From NCBI GenBank assembly GCA_021786315.1, contig JAJYNN010000002.1, forward strand, positions 334,997 through 398,996: a stretch of DNA of 64,000 nt, read 5' to 3'. Under the pieces are notes generated by a model. The model saw nothing but the letters and a program-made list of their open reading frames with translations. It was not told where the DNA came from and made no database searches. Positions 8,351 to 17,734 of the stretch are shown here, one piece after another. This DNA is from a bacterium (GTDB lineage: Bacteria; Patescibacteriota; Microgenomatia; Daviesbacterales; UBA10151). Position numbers and translations under genes: made by a program. Position 1 is the stretch's first letter. Each line of letters begins with the position of its first letter.

Positions 8351-10758
8351 CCATTTGGTGCTTTCGAGGATGTTAGCTTTTTTTGTAAATCTTTCATTAA
8401 CTCACTAATTTGCATCCAGAAAAATGCCCAAACCCAGGCAATGATAATCCAGATTAAGGGAACCTTGGCGGGCATCAAAAATCCGGTTAGGGCAAAAATG
8501 GTGGCAATGCCTTGGGTTAGGGAAGTGGCCCAAATCACTTCCTTGCTGGGCAAAAACTTCCACCATCTTTCTTTGGTATGGGCTACATAAATTAACATAT
8601 GGCCGGAAACTGTTAGTTTCAAAAAGTAAATCGTTTGGATAAGGTTCCAATTAAGGTGCAGCAAATTGTTCATAATAAAAAACAACAACAGGCTGTTTAG
8701 GATACCGACTGAGCCAAAAAGGGAGCTTAAGATAAAACGCTGGCGGACATTAATTTTTGCCGGGCGGGTGGCGATTTTGACCTTGTCAAAAGCCAAAGAG
8801 ATGATCGGGATATCGTTTAATAGGGCAATGATGATAATTTGTAAGGGGGTTAAGGGGTAAGTCCGGTAGAGGAGCCCCAAAATGGCAATGGTGACTATCA
8901 GCCGGTAGCTTTCGGAGATCCGGTAGAGGGAGTAGGTATAAAGCCTTTCAAAAATTTTCCGGCTTTCAAGTATGGCATCACGGATAACGCTGATGCCTTC
9001 CGAAAGCAGGACAATGTCGGCTGTGGCCTTCAAAGCTGATACGGCATTTTTGACGGCAATTCCCACACTGGCTGCCTTTAAGGCCGGTAAATCATTGATC
9101 CCGTCGCCGTTGGCGGCAACGGTAAAGAATTTTTTCGCCGCCTGCACCAGTTTTAATTTATCGTCCGGTAATATTTCGGCAAAGGCTCCTGTTTGGGCGT
9201 AAAATTCCGGTGGCAAATTATCCCAATTTAGCTTGTCCAGCTCCTCTTTGGTAACAATCTTCCCGTCGTCCAGCTCAAGCTGCAAAGCTACTTGGGAAGC
9301 GATAGCCCGGTTGTCACCGGTTAACATAGTGACACCAATCCCGCTCTTTTCCAAAAACTGGATAACCGACTTGGCATCCTCGCGCAAAGTGTCGGATAAG
9401 GCCAACAGCCCGACAATTTTCATCTTTTGTTCTTTTGCGGTATGGGAGATGGCTACAGCAATAGTCCGGTAACCGCTTTTGGCTAAGGTCTCCACTTCCC
9501 GGTTAAACTTTTCGCCGGTTTTTTTATCAAGGTCACACAACTTTTCAATAACTTGGGGAGCGCCGGAAGAGACAACCAGCTTTTCTTTTCCGGACTGGAT
9601 GGTGATGGTATTGCGTTTTCTTTCGGAATCGGCAGGGATAAAATCGATTTTGGAAAATACCGGCGGTGAAATCTGCAACGCCCGGACTTTTTCTAAAACA
9701 GCCTGGTTAATAGAGTTGGTCTCATCCGACGCTGCAGGGATGGCGGCATACTTTAAAACGTCGTTGTGGGTAAACCCGTCGTAAGCGTAGATATCAGCGA
9801 TGGTGATCTTATTTTGGGTGAGGGTTCCGGTTTTATCGGTTAACAGCAAGTTAACATTGGATAAATCTTCCAGGGCGGAAAGCCGGCGGACCACCACGTC
9901 CTTTTTGGCCAGGTTTAACACCCCAAACTCAATGATTAAAGTCATGACTGTGGGCAGGCTGATGGGGATGCCGGCAATGACCAAACTTAAATCCAGGGTT
10001 AAAAGCTCCAGCAGGGAAACTTTTTGGAGGATAAAGATGCCGCTTAAAATTACCACTGCAATAGCGCTCAGGATGGTCAGGAATTTAGAAATGCTTAAAA
10101 TATCTTTTTCCAGCAGGCTTTCCCGCCTCACTCTCTCCACGGAAAAAATGGTTTTGCCAAAGTTGGTATTTTTGCCGGTGGCGGTAATTTTAATGGTGGC
10201 AAGACCGGTGATTAAAAAGGATCCGGAAAAAACCTGGTCATGCAACACTTTATCTTTAGGGAGGGACTCCCCGGTTAAGGCAGCTTCATTTATGGTAACG
10301 TGGCTGGCTTCCAAAATTTCCCCGTCTGCCGGAACGACCTCACCGGAAGAAAGCTGGATAATATCGCCCGGAACAATCAGCCGGGAGTCGATTGAATGCC
10401 AGGCGTTATCCCGGAAAACCTTAATTTTTTGGGCCAGGTGTTCGTTTAATTTCTTAATGGCATTGTCGGCCTTGTTTTCCTGCCATAAAGAGATACCAAT
10501 ATTTAAAAGCAGTAAAAAGAGGATAAAGAAAAAATCAAAAGTTTTTTGGGTGGCCAAAGATAAAATGGCAGCAGCAAGAAGCATTAAGGAAATAGGGGAA
10601 ACTGTTTTTTGTATGAGCTTGCTTAAGATAGAAGTCTGCTTTTCCGGAATCTCGTTTGGACCGCTAGTCTGAAGCTGCTTTTCTGCCTCTTCCGATGTTA
10701 GGCCGGTAAACTTCATACTATACAGTATATACCGGTTTGAGGCAGTTGATTCAAGCAC
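8290..10758 (-). CDS. P-type ATPase, type III (plasma-membrane H+/Mg2+-ATPase-like)
   Basis: 'DKTGTLT' phosphorylation motif, 'GDGINDLPALKAASVGIAV', TM4 'IPISLPTV' (IIIA-like, no CPC); alternative start at 10716 (MKFTG...); 3' end overlaps the convergent gene by 61 nt. Confidence 0.9.
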   Translation of the reverse strand: MLESTASNRYILYSMKFTGLTSEEAEKQLQTSGPNEIPEKQTSILSKLIQKTVSPISLMLLAAAILSLATQKTFDFFFILFLLLLNIGISLWQENKADNAIKKLNEHLAQKIKVFRDNAWHSIDSRLIVPGDIIQLSSGEVVPADGEILEASHVTINEAALTGESLPKDKVLHDQVFSGSFLITGLATIKITATGKNTNFGKTIFSVERVRRESLLEKDILSISKFLTILSAIAVVILSGIFILQKVSLLELLTLDLSLVIAGIPISLPTVMTLIIEFGVLNLAKKDVVVRRLSALEDLSNVNLLLTDKTGTLTQNKITIADIYAYDGFTHNDVLKYAAIPAASDETNSINQAVLEKVRALQISPPVFSKIDFIPADSERKRNTITIQSGKEKLVVSSGAPQVIEKLCDLDKKTGEKFNREVETLAKSGYRTIAVAISHTAKEQKMKIVGLLALSDTLREDAKSVIQFLEKSGIGVTMLTGDNRAIASQVALQLELDDGKIVTKEELDKLNWDNLPPEFYAQTGAFAEILPDDKLKLVQAAKKFFTVAANGDGINDLPALKAASVGIAVKNAVSALKATADIVLLSEGISVIRDAILESRKIFERLYTYSLYRISESYRLIVTIAILGLLYRTYPLTPLQIIIIALLNDIPIISLAFDKVKIATRPAKINVRQRFILSSLFGSVGILNSLLLFFIMNNLLHLNWNLIQTIYFLKLTVSGHMLIYVAHTKERWWKFLPSKEVIWATSLTQGIATIFALTGFLMPAKVPLIWIIIAWVWAFFWMQISELMKDLQKKLTSSKAPNGHLSNSLAPLSKFQGPEPQP

Positions 10759-10798
10759 CTTTTACTGCTAATATATCCCTACTAGGGGGATTCAATTA

Positions 10799-11335
10799 GT
10801 GAAAAAGGCGCTTCTAACCTTTTCTTTTATTGCTACTTTCTTATTACTTTTCTCAACACCTGCTTTTGCCCAGATGGGGCCGGGGATGATGGGTTGGGAT
10901 AATGACAGCAACTCTTCTGCATCAGCTCAAGGTAGCGACGAATCCCAAAACCTAAGCAAGGTCATTCAGGATATTGCTAAATCCCAAGGGGCAACTTCAG
11001 AAAACAAGATTGATTGCCAAAAGGTCAGTGATGACCAGCTGGAAAAATTGGGGGATGCCTGGATGGATGTCCGGCACCCGGATGAAAATGTCCACCAGGC
11101 CATGGACCAGATGATGGGCGGGGAGGGATCGGCAAGTTTAAAGCAGGCCCATATCAGGATGGGGCAAAATTATCTGGGGTGTTATAGCCAAAATTGGGGA
11201 AGCAGTGGGGGAAGAGGCTATACCTCCATGATGGGTTGGAGGTTTGGTGTCTTTGGCCCGTTATTTGGCGTAGTAGCTCTGGTTGATTCTGCTCTTTTAG
11301 GAATACTTTTGTTACAAAAGGTCCGCCGCAAATAA
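10799..11335 (+). CDS. secreted Met/His-rich protein with C-terminal hydrophobic segment (possible Cu/metal-binding)
   Basis: signal peptide 'MKKALLTFSFIATFLLLFSTPAFA'; repeated MMGW/MxxMM/H motifs; C-terminal TM. Confidence 0.45.
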   Translation: MKKALLTFSFIATFLLLFSTPAFAQMGPGMMGWDNDSNSSASAQGSDESQNLSKVIQDIAKSQGATSENKIDCQKVSDDQLEKLGDAWMDVRHPDENVHQAMDQMMGGEGSASLKQAHIRMGQNYLGCYSQNWGSSGGRGYTSMMGWRFGVFGPLFGVVALVDSALLGILLLQKVRRK

Positions 11336-11419
11336 TTTTATAAGAAACGGATCTTAACTTCTTATTGCCTATTTATTATTTTCCTATTATAGACCCCTCT
11401 TATACTTAGCAGGTTTAAG

Positions 11420-11965
11420 ATGAATACTCAGTTTGAAGGGCTGAAAGAGATGATGGCCCACCAGCAAGGTGACGCCTTCAATGATGCCTTGGAACTTTTA
11501 AAAAGCCTGGATCCGAGTGTGGAAACGATGGTGGGGGACTATATTATTACCCTGGCGTTTGAAAAAGCGGCGGGATGGTATATATATGAGCCTAACGGAG
11601 AGTTGAGGTGGGTGGTGCCGGAGGAGAAGGATAACCTGCATTTGGAGGTGATTGTCCAAGATGCAAACGACCTGAGGTTCCTGCCTTATTTGGAGGTCAG
11701 TGTCAAACTTTTCGATAAAAATAAAGAGTTGGTTGGGGAAAAGGAACAGGAGTTTATCTGGCATCCGATGATTTGGCACTATGCCGAAAATTGGCAAATC
11801 CCCGGCCCAGGGGAGTATTTTGCCGAAATTACAGTGAAAGAACCGACTTTTAGGAGGCACGACCAGCTTCGGGGACAGCGTTATATGATGGATGCGACTA
11901 TTAAACTGGAGCCTTTTGAAATTCCTAAATCAGTAATTGGCCAGAAACCTCTTGGACCGGAGTAG
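11420..11965 (+). CDS. P19/Tpd-like (Fe2+ transport, PF10634-like) protein lacking a signal peptide
   Basis: pattern 'EPNGELRWVVPEE..LHLEV..LPYLEVSVKL..IWHPMIWHYAENW..GEYFAEITV' resembles the P19 cupredoxin-like family from memory; no N-terminal hydrophobic segment. Confidence 0.4.
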   Translation: MNTQFEGLKEMMAHQQGDAFNDALELLKSLDPSVETMVGDYIITLAFEKAAGWYIYEPNGELRWVVPEEKDNLHLEVIVQDANDLRFLPYLEVSVKLFDKNKELVGEKEQEFIWHPMIWHYAENWQIPGPGEYFAEITVKEPTFRRHDQLRGQRYMMDATIKLEPFEIPKSVIGQKPLGPE

Positions 11966-12082
11966 TTTAAAAGTTTAAAAACTTTTTTCCCCTTAACTAT
12001 TCAAATTAAATTCCTGAATTAAAATATCTTCGACTTGCAGACTATCTTGTAAAAGTTATATTGTGAGATAGGGGGTGAGAAA

Positions 12083-12376
12083 GTGATGAAAAAACTTTTA
12101 ATCGGAGTATCAGCAACAGCGATGTTTGGTGTTATGGCAATTCCGGCATTGGCAGCAGGCAACTCAACTCCGGGTCTAGACCGTTATCTTAATAACTTGG
12201 GCCGTCAACAGGCAACTGAAGTCGGAGCCCAATGCGGAACCGGTGCAGGTTCCGGGTCTTTCGGATATTTTGGAAAAGATAAAAATATGGGGATTAAATC
12301 TGATCCCAATGATCCGGGTGCAAACGGCTACCAAACAGGGATAAACAACAGCTCTGTTTGTGGAAACAGGCCATAG
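12083..12376 (+). CDS. small secreted protein
   Basis: signal peptide ...AIPALAAG; 97 aa, Gly/Asn-rich, 2 Cys; followed by a terminator. Confidence 0.4.
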   Translation: MMKKLLIGVSATAMFGVMAIPALAAGNSTPGLDRYLNNLGRQQATEVGAQCGTGAGSGSFGYFGKDKNMGIKSDPNDPGANGYQTGINNSSVCGNRP

Positions 12377-12400
12377 TTGGTATTCGGTTTTTAAATAAAA

Positions 12401-12440
12401 GGCAGCCTGCTGAGTTTTCTCAACAGGCTGCCTTCTTATC
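12401..12440 (+). terminator. rho-independent terminator candidate
   Basis: perfect 9-bp stem GGCAGCCTG/CAGGCTGCC with 14-nt loop, then T-rich tail. Confidence 0.45.
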
Positions 12441-12491
12441 TGGATTAAATTCCCATAAAGAAGTAAAATCAGCAAGAATAATGCACAATGT

Positions 12492-13253
12492 ATGTTTAAT
12501 AGGTATAGAGAATTAAGAGAAAAGAGAGATAATCTTAACCAGATTTTAAAGCGGGAAATTGGCTTAGATTTTACATCCACTCTAATTCTTATATTTTTCG
12601 TTTTTGGAACAGTAGTTATATTTGCAGGATATTTTGTTGGTCTAATTAAAACGAATGATTTTATTTCAGCTTTCATACTTTGGTTTACAGCGGTAGTAAT
12701 CTTGGACTATACGAAAGAAACACATGATTTGAAGGCGAACTCGGACAGGACTTTGAAGGAAATAAGAAAGCAGAATGAACATATTGAAAACCAGCTCAGG
12801 ATTGAACAAGAACCTTATTTAGTTATAAAGGATCATATTGTTATCGCAGGTAGCGACCCAGGTCGTCTACATATCATCATGTTTAAAAATATAGGAAGAG
12901 GTGCGGCTTTAAATGTGCTTGCAACTACAGACCCCGAAGGAAAAATCTCGATAATCGAAGCATCAAATCCGCATTCAGTGGACTTAGGTCCAGGAGAGGT
13001 GAATAACGGTTGGGCAATCGACGAAAACCAGGTTATTAAAGGTTTAAAAGAACAGGGTGTAAGCATTGAAGATTCTGTTGTCCTAGGGATTCCTGATGAG
13101 AGTTCCTTAAGAGAAAGTGAAAAATTCAAAGCTGACTTTTATATATTTCTTTGGTATCAGGACCAACTAGGTAAGAAGTACAAAACTGTGACAAAAATCC
13201 GCCATTCAGGAGCGTTCTTTAAGGTGATGGAGAACAGGCGAGAAAATATTTAA
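12492..13253 (+). CDS. hypothetical membrane protein (2 TM helices plus soluble C-terminal domain)
   Basis: ORF with two hydrophobic helices; no known motif. Confidence 0.4.
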   Translation: MFNRYRELREKRDNLNQILKREIGLDFTSTLILIFFVFGTVVIFAGYFVGLIKTNDFISAFILWFTAVVILDYTKETHDLKANSDRTLKEIRKQNEHIENQLRIEQEPYLVIKDHIVIAGSDPGRLHIIMFKNIGRGAALNVLATTDPEGKISIIEASNPHSVDLGPGEVNNGWAIDENQVIKGLKEQGVSIEDSVVLGIPDESSLRESEKFKADFYIFLWYQDQLGKKYKTVTKIRHSGAFFKVMENRRENI

Positions 13254-13337
13254 AAGCTGGAATTGTTGGGTTGGGGGAATTTGCAGGATTCTTACTTGAA
13301 CCAGAAGCTTAATTGGAATATAATAGTCCCATAAACG

Positions 13338-13371
13338 CCTCACCTAGTGCGAAAGCCCGGTGAGGTTTTTT
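13338..13371 (+). terminator. rho-independent terminator
   Basis: stem CCTCACC/GGTGAGG plus TTTTTT. Confidence 0.5.
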
Positions 13372-13387
13372 GTGGCATAATATACTC

Positions 13388-13972
13388 ATGTCAAATTGCA
13401 TTTTATTTATTGACGGTGAGAACTTTCTTCATAAAGTAGAAGAAGTTTTAAGTGGAACGAGAAAATCTGGAGTAAAGGAACAGTTAGGGAATATTAATCT
13501 CGATCAACTATTTGAGCTTCCATTAAAAGGTCTAAAAGTTAGCAGAAAGGTATTTTATGCTGCTAAACTACACTCCCATCCGGAAACTCAGAAGAAATCT
13601 GAAGAGCTGATAAAACTTCAGAGAAAACTCCGGAATAATCTTGTAAAACAGGGTTTTGAGTTTGTTATTGCCGGGAATGTTCGAGCACAGAAAGTCGGGC
13701 AGAGAGTAGTTTTTAGGGAGAAAGGTGTGGATGTGAGGATCGCAGTTGATATGGTGTCGTTTGCTTGCGATAAAAAATTGGATACTGTTATTCTTTGTAG
13801 CTCAGATTCAGATTTGCAGCCTGCCATATCTGAGGTTAAAAGAAGAAACGCAGAAGTGATCTACTTAGGTTTTGAGAATAATCCTAACAAGGGTTTGGCT
13901 TATACAACAGACAGAACGATTCTGCTTAGAAATTCGGAGATTATTGAAGCGTGCGGAGGTAAAAAGAAATGA
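13388..13972 (+). CDS. NYN-domain (LabA-like) ribonuclease-family protein
   Basis: 'ILFIDGENF', 'RIAVDMVSFAC..DTVILCSSDSDLQP'; the ORF track starts at a TTG (13370) inside the terminator T-tract, so the first ATG (13388) is preferred. Confidence 0.65.
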   Translation: MSNCILFIDGENFLHKVEEVLSGTRKSGVKEQLGNINLDQLFELPLKGLKVSRKVFYAAKLHSHPETQKKSEELIKLQRKLRNNLVKQGFEFVIAGNVRAQKVGQRVVFREKGVDVRIAVDMVSFACDKKLDTVILCSSDSDLQPAISEVKRRNAEVIYLGFENNPNKGLAYTTDRTILLRNSEIIEACGGKKK

Positions 13973-15066
13973 GCTTAAAAGTAGGAATAGTTGGGTTGCC
14001 GAATGTAGGGAAGTCCACTTTATTTAATGCCCTTTTGAAAAAGAGGGTGGCTTTGTCTGCCAATTATCCTTTTGCTACCATTGAACCCAATGTGGGGGTG
14101 GTGGCGGTGCCGGATAACCGTTTGAATGAGTTGGCAGAACTTGTCAAAGACGAGGAAAAGATGGAAAACTTGCCGCCTTTGGTTCCGGCGGTGGTGGAGT
14201 TTGTGGACATTGCCGGGTTGGTCAAAGGCGCGTCCGGGGGAGCAGGTTTAGGCAACCAATTTTTGTCCCATATCCGGGAAGTGGACGCGATTGTCCACGT
14301 TGTCCGGGATTTTGAGAATGGGGATATAGTTCGCGAGGGTTCCGTTTCCCCTGATGAGGATAAATTAACCATTGAAACTGAGCTGGCTTTGGCGGATTTA
14401 CAGGTTATTGAAAAGTTGGTAGCTGCCCAGGAAAAAGAGGTCCGGGGGGCCAAGGACCCTTTGGAAGGGTTAAAGCTGGATATCCTAAAAAAGATCAAGG
14501 AAAACTTAGAGGCCGGAAAAGTGTTGGGCCATTATGAGATTGGAGATGAACGCCTAAAGCATTGGTTTGCCGGATTGCCGCTTTTAACCACAAAGCCAAT
14601 GTTGTATGTGCACAATGTCTCCGAGGAAGATTTAAGATTTAAGAATGAAGAATTAAGAATTGAGGAAAATGTGGTGGTAATTTCCGCCAAAGTGGAGGAG
14701 GAGCTGGCCGAGTATTCGGAAGAGGAGAGAAAAGAGTATCTGAAGGAGTTGGGGATAGAGGAAACAGGTTTGGAGAGGTTAATTAAAAAGGCCTATGAAG
14801 TTTTGGGGCTGATCTCATTTCTCACCGCCGGTAAAAAAGAAGTCCGGGCCTGGACCGTTAAAAAAGGCAGCAAGGCCCCGCAAGCTGCGGGGGTAATCCA
14901 TACCGATTTTGAAAAAGGTTTTATCCGGGCCCAAGTTATCCCTTACGAAAAGTTAATTGAAGCCGGATCCTACGCTGTGGCCAAACAAAAAGGGCTAATC
15001 AGGACTGAAGGGAAGGATTACATTATGCAGGATGGGGATGTTGTTGAATTTTTGGTAAGCAGTTAA
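13969..15066 (+). CDS. ychF: ribosome-binding ATPase YchF
   Basis: 'VGIVGLPNVGKSTLFNALL' G1 motif, YchF-type TGS C-terminus; 365 aa. Confidence 0.95.
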   Translation: MSLKVGIVGLPNVGKSTLFNALLKKRVALSANYPFATIEPNVGVVAVPDNRLNELAELVKDEEKMENLPPLVPAVVEFVDIAGLVKGASGGAGLGNQFLSHIREVDAIVHVVRDFENGDIVREGSVSPDEDKLTIETELALADLQVIEKLVAAQEKEVRGAKDPLEGLKLDILKKIKENLEAGKVLGHYEIGDERLKHWFAGLPLLTTKPMLYVHNVSEEDLRFKNEELRIEENVVVISAKVEEELAEYSEEERKEYLKELGIEETGLERLIKKAYEVLGLISFLTAGKKEVRAWTVKKGSKAPQAAGVIHTDFEKGFIRAQVIPYEKLIEAGSYAVAKQKGLIRTEGKDYIMQDGDVVEFLVSS

Positions 15067-15467
15067 CCTTGGGGAAAAGCCAGGCCAAACCGCCGGGCTC
15101 TATCACGGGCATCAATAAGAAGCTCTTTAGCGCGTTCCTCATCAGTAAGGTCATTAAGCCTGTGTATTTCTTGGACCATGAACCCTGAAGCCTGTATTTG
15201 GTCTATCCCGAAAAACGTAGTGGGGAATACTCCTGTTGGCCGCACTGGATATGTCATACTCAAAGTTCGGCGGTTAATATAGCTCTGCCAATCTGCATCT
15301 GTGGCTTGTCCTGATAAAATTCTTATAATTTCTGTTTCATCACTTTCAGTTGCCTGGCCCTGAAGAACTTTGCGTAACTTGCCTAAACTGTTCCCGATTC
15401 TACTTCGGAAGGCGGCAAACCCTGCTTCTTTATGAACTGTAGTTGGTATTGTTTGAGCTTCAATCAT
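15063..15467 (-). CDS. hypothetical protein
   Basis: 134-aa ORF convergent with ychF; no motif. Confidence 0.35.
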   Translation of the reverse strand: MIEAQTIPTTVHKEAGFAAFRSRIGNSLGKLRKVLQGQATESDETEIIRILSGQATDADWQSYINRRTLSMTYPVRPTGVFPTTFFGIDQIQASGFMVQEIHRLNDLTDEERAKELLIDARDRARRFGLAFPQG

Positions 15468-15588
15468 AAGAGTATATTACTTAATTAGCACATCCTTTTT
15501 CTAAGATCAAGATGTTGAAATAATTTCAGGCCCAAATAACGGATTGATTTAAGAAATTTTCCACACTATATTATAGGGTACCTTAGAT

Positions 15589-16299
15589 ATGGAAAAGTTA
15601 AAGTTTGAAACCAGGAAACACTTTTTTCGGCGGGATGAACTCCCGTCTCCGCTTTCTGAGGCCGCTGAGAATGTAGGCCGGGTGATGGTTGATGGTTATA
15701 GGATGGGTACTTGTTTTGTTGCCAGTTTAGATGACAGGAAATTTTTGGTGTCAGCCCTGCACTGTTTTTTAGAGAGACAGAATAAAGCCCTTACTGAAGG
15801 CTGGGCTGTTTTTCCTTCAGGAGACAACTTTCTTGTTAAGCCTCAATGGGTATTACCGCCTCCGTCAACTGCACCCGATCTGGATTTATTGGTTTCTGAA
15901 GTTAAGAGAACCGGGTCAATCAGACCATTCCGATTATCTGAATCGCACCTTCCAATGATAGGCCAAAGGGTAACTTTATTAGGATATCCGCTGAGCCATT
16001 TGTATTCACCGGAAGCAGAAAACGGAGCTGTGGCGTCGTTTGGGGTAATCGATGATCTAACTCCTTCGGTCACATCCGGTGATGATATCTGGATGTATGT
16101 TAAGGTGGAAAACGGAAGCAGCGGATCGCCCGTTTTAGATGAAAACAATAAAGTTTTAGGTGTTTTAGTCCATACAGTTGAGCCGGGAAGGGGTGGAGTT
16201 AACCAATCAGCCAATATTAGAAGAAAATCTCAAAAGATGAACTATGTTTCGGTGGCGACATCCTTAAACATCCTGAGCACAATAAAAGATTTTGGTTGA
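15589..16299 (+). CDS. trypsin-like (S1/chymotrypsin fold) serine peptidase, no signal peptide
   Basis: catalytic-triad context 'SALHCF' ... 'GSSGSPVLDENNKVLGV'. Confidence 0.55.
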   Translation: MEKLKFETRKHFFRRDELPSPLSEAAENVGRVMVDGYRMGTCFVASLDDRKFLVSALHCFLERQNKALTEGWAVFPSGDNFLVKPQWVLPPPSTAPDLDLLVSEVKRTGSIRPFRLSESHLPMIGQRVTLLGYPLSHLYSPEAENGAVASFGVIDDLTPSVTSGDDIWMYVKVENGSSGSPVLDENNKVLGVLVHTVEPGRGGVNQSANIRRKSQKMNYVSVATSLNILSTIKDFG

Positions 16300-16363
16300 A
16301 CCTTGCCTCTACTATTGAATTTCCCGGCCTTACCTAGTACAATTCTTAAGTTCTTAGGTACAA

Positions 16364-16633
16364 ATGAATAAATACGCTTTAACTTTAATTTTAAAACCTG
16401 ACCTGGAAGAGAAGGCCCGCAAGGAGCTTTTGGATTCCGTGGCCAAGAAATTCGGCAAGCTGGAAAAGGAAGAGCTTTGGGGAGTCCGGGATATGGCTTA
16501 TACAATCCAAAAGCAAAGCAAGGGATACTATGCCCATTACTTTTTTGAGGCTGAACCTCAAACCGCCCGTTCTATTGACAAAGATTTAAAAATAGAAGAA
16601 GATATTTTACGTCACCTACTGGTGCGGGTATAA
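16364..16633 (+). CDS. rpsF: 30S ribosomal protein S6
   Basis: 'MNKYALTLILKPDLEE' S6 N-terminus; 89 aa. Confidence 0.9.
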   Translation: MNKYALTLILKPDLEEKARKELLDSVAKKFGKLEKEELWGVRDMAYTIQKQSKGYYAHYFFEAEPQTARSIDKDLKIEEDILRHLLVRV

Positions 16634-16705
16634 GTCTAAATTTTAAAGCTCAAATTTTTAAATAAGTTTTAAAATTTAAAATTAAAAATTTAAAATTGTT
16701 GATAT

Positions 16706-17224
16706 ATGGCAAGTAGATCTTGGAATAGAGTTGAACTGATCGGAAACCTCACACGAGACCCTGAAATCCGTTATATCCCTTCGGGAACCGCTGTCGCCAC
16801 TTTCGGCATCGCCACCAACCGCGTTTATGTTACCGAGGGCGAAAGAAAAGAAGAGGTTGATTTCCACCGCATTGTTGCCTGGGGCAAGTTAGCCGAGCTT
16901 TGCAGCCAGCTTTTAAAGAAGGGCTCCCGGGTGTTTGTCTCCGGACGCTTACAATACCGTGAGTGGGAAACCCAGGACGGGCAAAAGAAGCGTGATGCGG
17001 AAATTGTTATGGAAGATATGATCCAGCTGACCCCAAAGAGCGGCAGTTATGGCGCTGATGAGGCGGAAGATATTGTTGAACGCAAAGAAGCTCCTGTAGA
17101 GAGTGCCCCGGCAAAAGCTGCGGAACCGGAAAAGGTTGAAGAGAAGGCTGAAGAAGAGCCTGCACCCGCCCCCAAGGCTGACGAGAAGCTGAGTGAAGAA
17201 GATATCCAGGACTTGCCATTTTAG
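16706..17224 (+). CDS. ssb: single-stranded DNA-binding protein
   Basis: OB-fold N-terminus 'RVELIGNLTRDPEIRY.PSGTAVA.F.IA'; acidic linker and C-terminal 'DIQDLPF' tail. Confidence 0.9.
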   Translation: MASRSWNRVELIGNLTRDPEIRYIPSGTAVATFGIATNRVYVTEGERKEEVDFHRIVAWGKLAELCSQLLKKGSRVFVSGRLQYREWETQDGQKKRDAEIVMEDMIQLTPKSGSYGADEAEDIVERKEAPVESAPAKAAEPEKVEEKAEEEPAPAPKADEKLSEEDIQDLPF

Positions 17225-17243
17225 TTTTTACAAACTCTTCCCT

Positions 17244-17271
17244 TGTCAAGCGTGTTCAAAGCTAGTATAAT
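17244..17271 (+). promoter_or_regulatory. sigma70-like promoter for rpsR (TTGTCA-17 bp-TATAAT)
   Basis: -35-like TTGTCA at 17244-17249, 17-bp spacer, TATAAT at 17266-17271. Confidence 0.45.
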
Positions 17272-17347
17272 CCTTAAGTTAGGTTCTAGTCGCTAGAGTC
17301 TTGAGTCTAGACTCTTGATTCTATGCCGCTAGTCACTAATAAGAAAT

Positions 17348-17701
17348 ATGGCAGTTGTCAGAAAAGTTACACCTAAAAATATTACACCCAAAGCCCAAGA
17401 GGCCGAAGATGTAGAAAAAGTCGAGGAAGCGCCGGTTGAGGCAGCGGAAGTTGCTGAAGAAAAGGGTGCCGAGGGCGGTAAAAGAACCGCAACAGTCACC
17501 AAAAAGGCCTGCTTCTTCCATAAAAGTGAGTCTGAACCCGTGTACTGGGACGCCACGGCCCTAAGAAAATTCATGAATGACCGCGGTAGGATTCAACCGC
17601 GCCAGAGGACCGGTAATTGCGCCAAGCACCAAAGAAGGCTTTCCCAGGCCATTAAGCGCGCCCGTTTTTTGGCCCTTCTTCCATATTCTGCCGGAATCTA
17701 A
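17348..17701 (+). CDS. rpsR: 30S ribosomal protein S18 with ~50-aa acidic/Lys-rich N-terminal extension
   Basis: 'YWDATALRKF.NDRGRIQPRQRTGNCAKHQRRL..AIKRAR.LALLPY'. Confidence 0.9.
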   Translation: MAVVRKVTPKNITPKAQEAEDVEKVEEAPVEAAEVAEEKGAEGGKRTATVTKKACFFHKSESEPVYWDATALRKFMNDRGRIQPRQRTGNCAKHQRRLSQAIKRARFLALLPYSAGI

Positions 17702-17734
17702 TCTAAGACCCCTTTTCGTGTTAATATATACCCA

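Noticed and set aside
9233-10672. Several ORFs of 76-290 aa on the plus strand inside the P-type ATPase gene (e.g. 9800..10672, 9479..9784)
   Set aside because: They are antisense to a strongly supported gene and have low-complexity Ser/Ala-rich translations; they are antisense artefacts.
8290-10758. P-type ATPase as a copper (P1B) exporter
   Set aside because: There is no CPC/CPx motif in the TM region and no N-terminal metal-binding domain; TM4 'IPISLPTV' is type-III-like.
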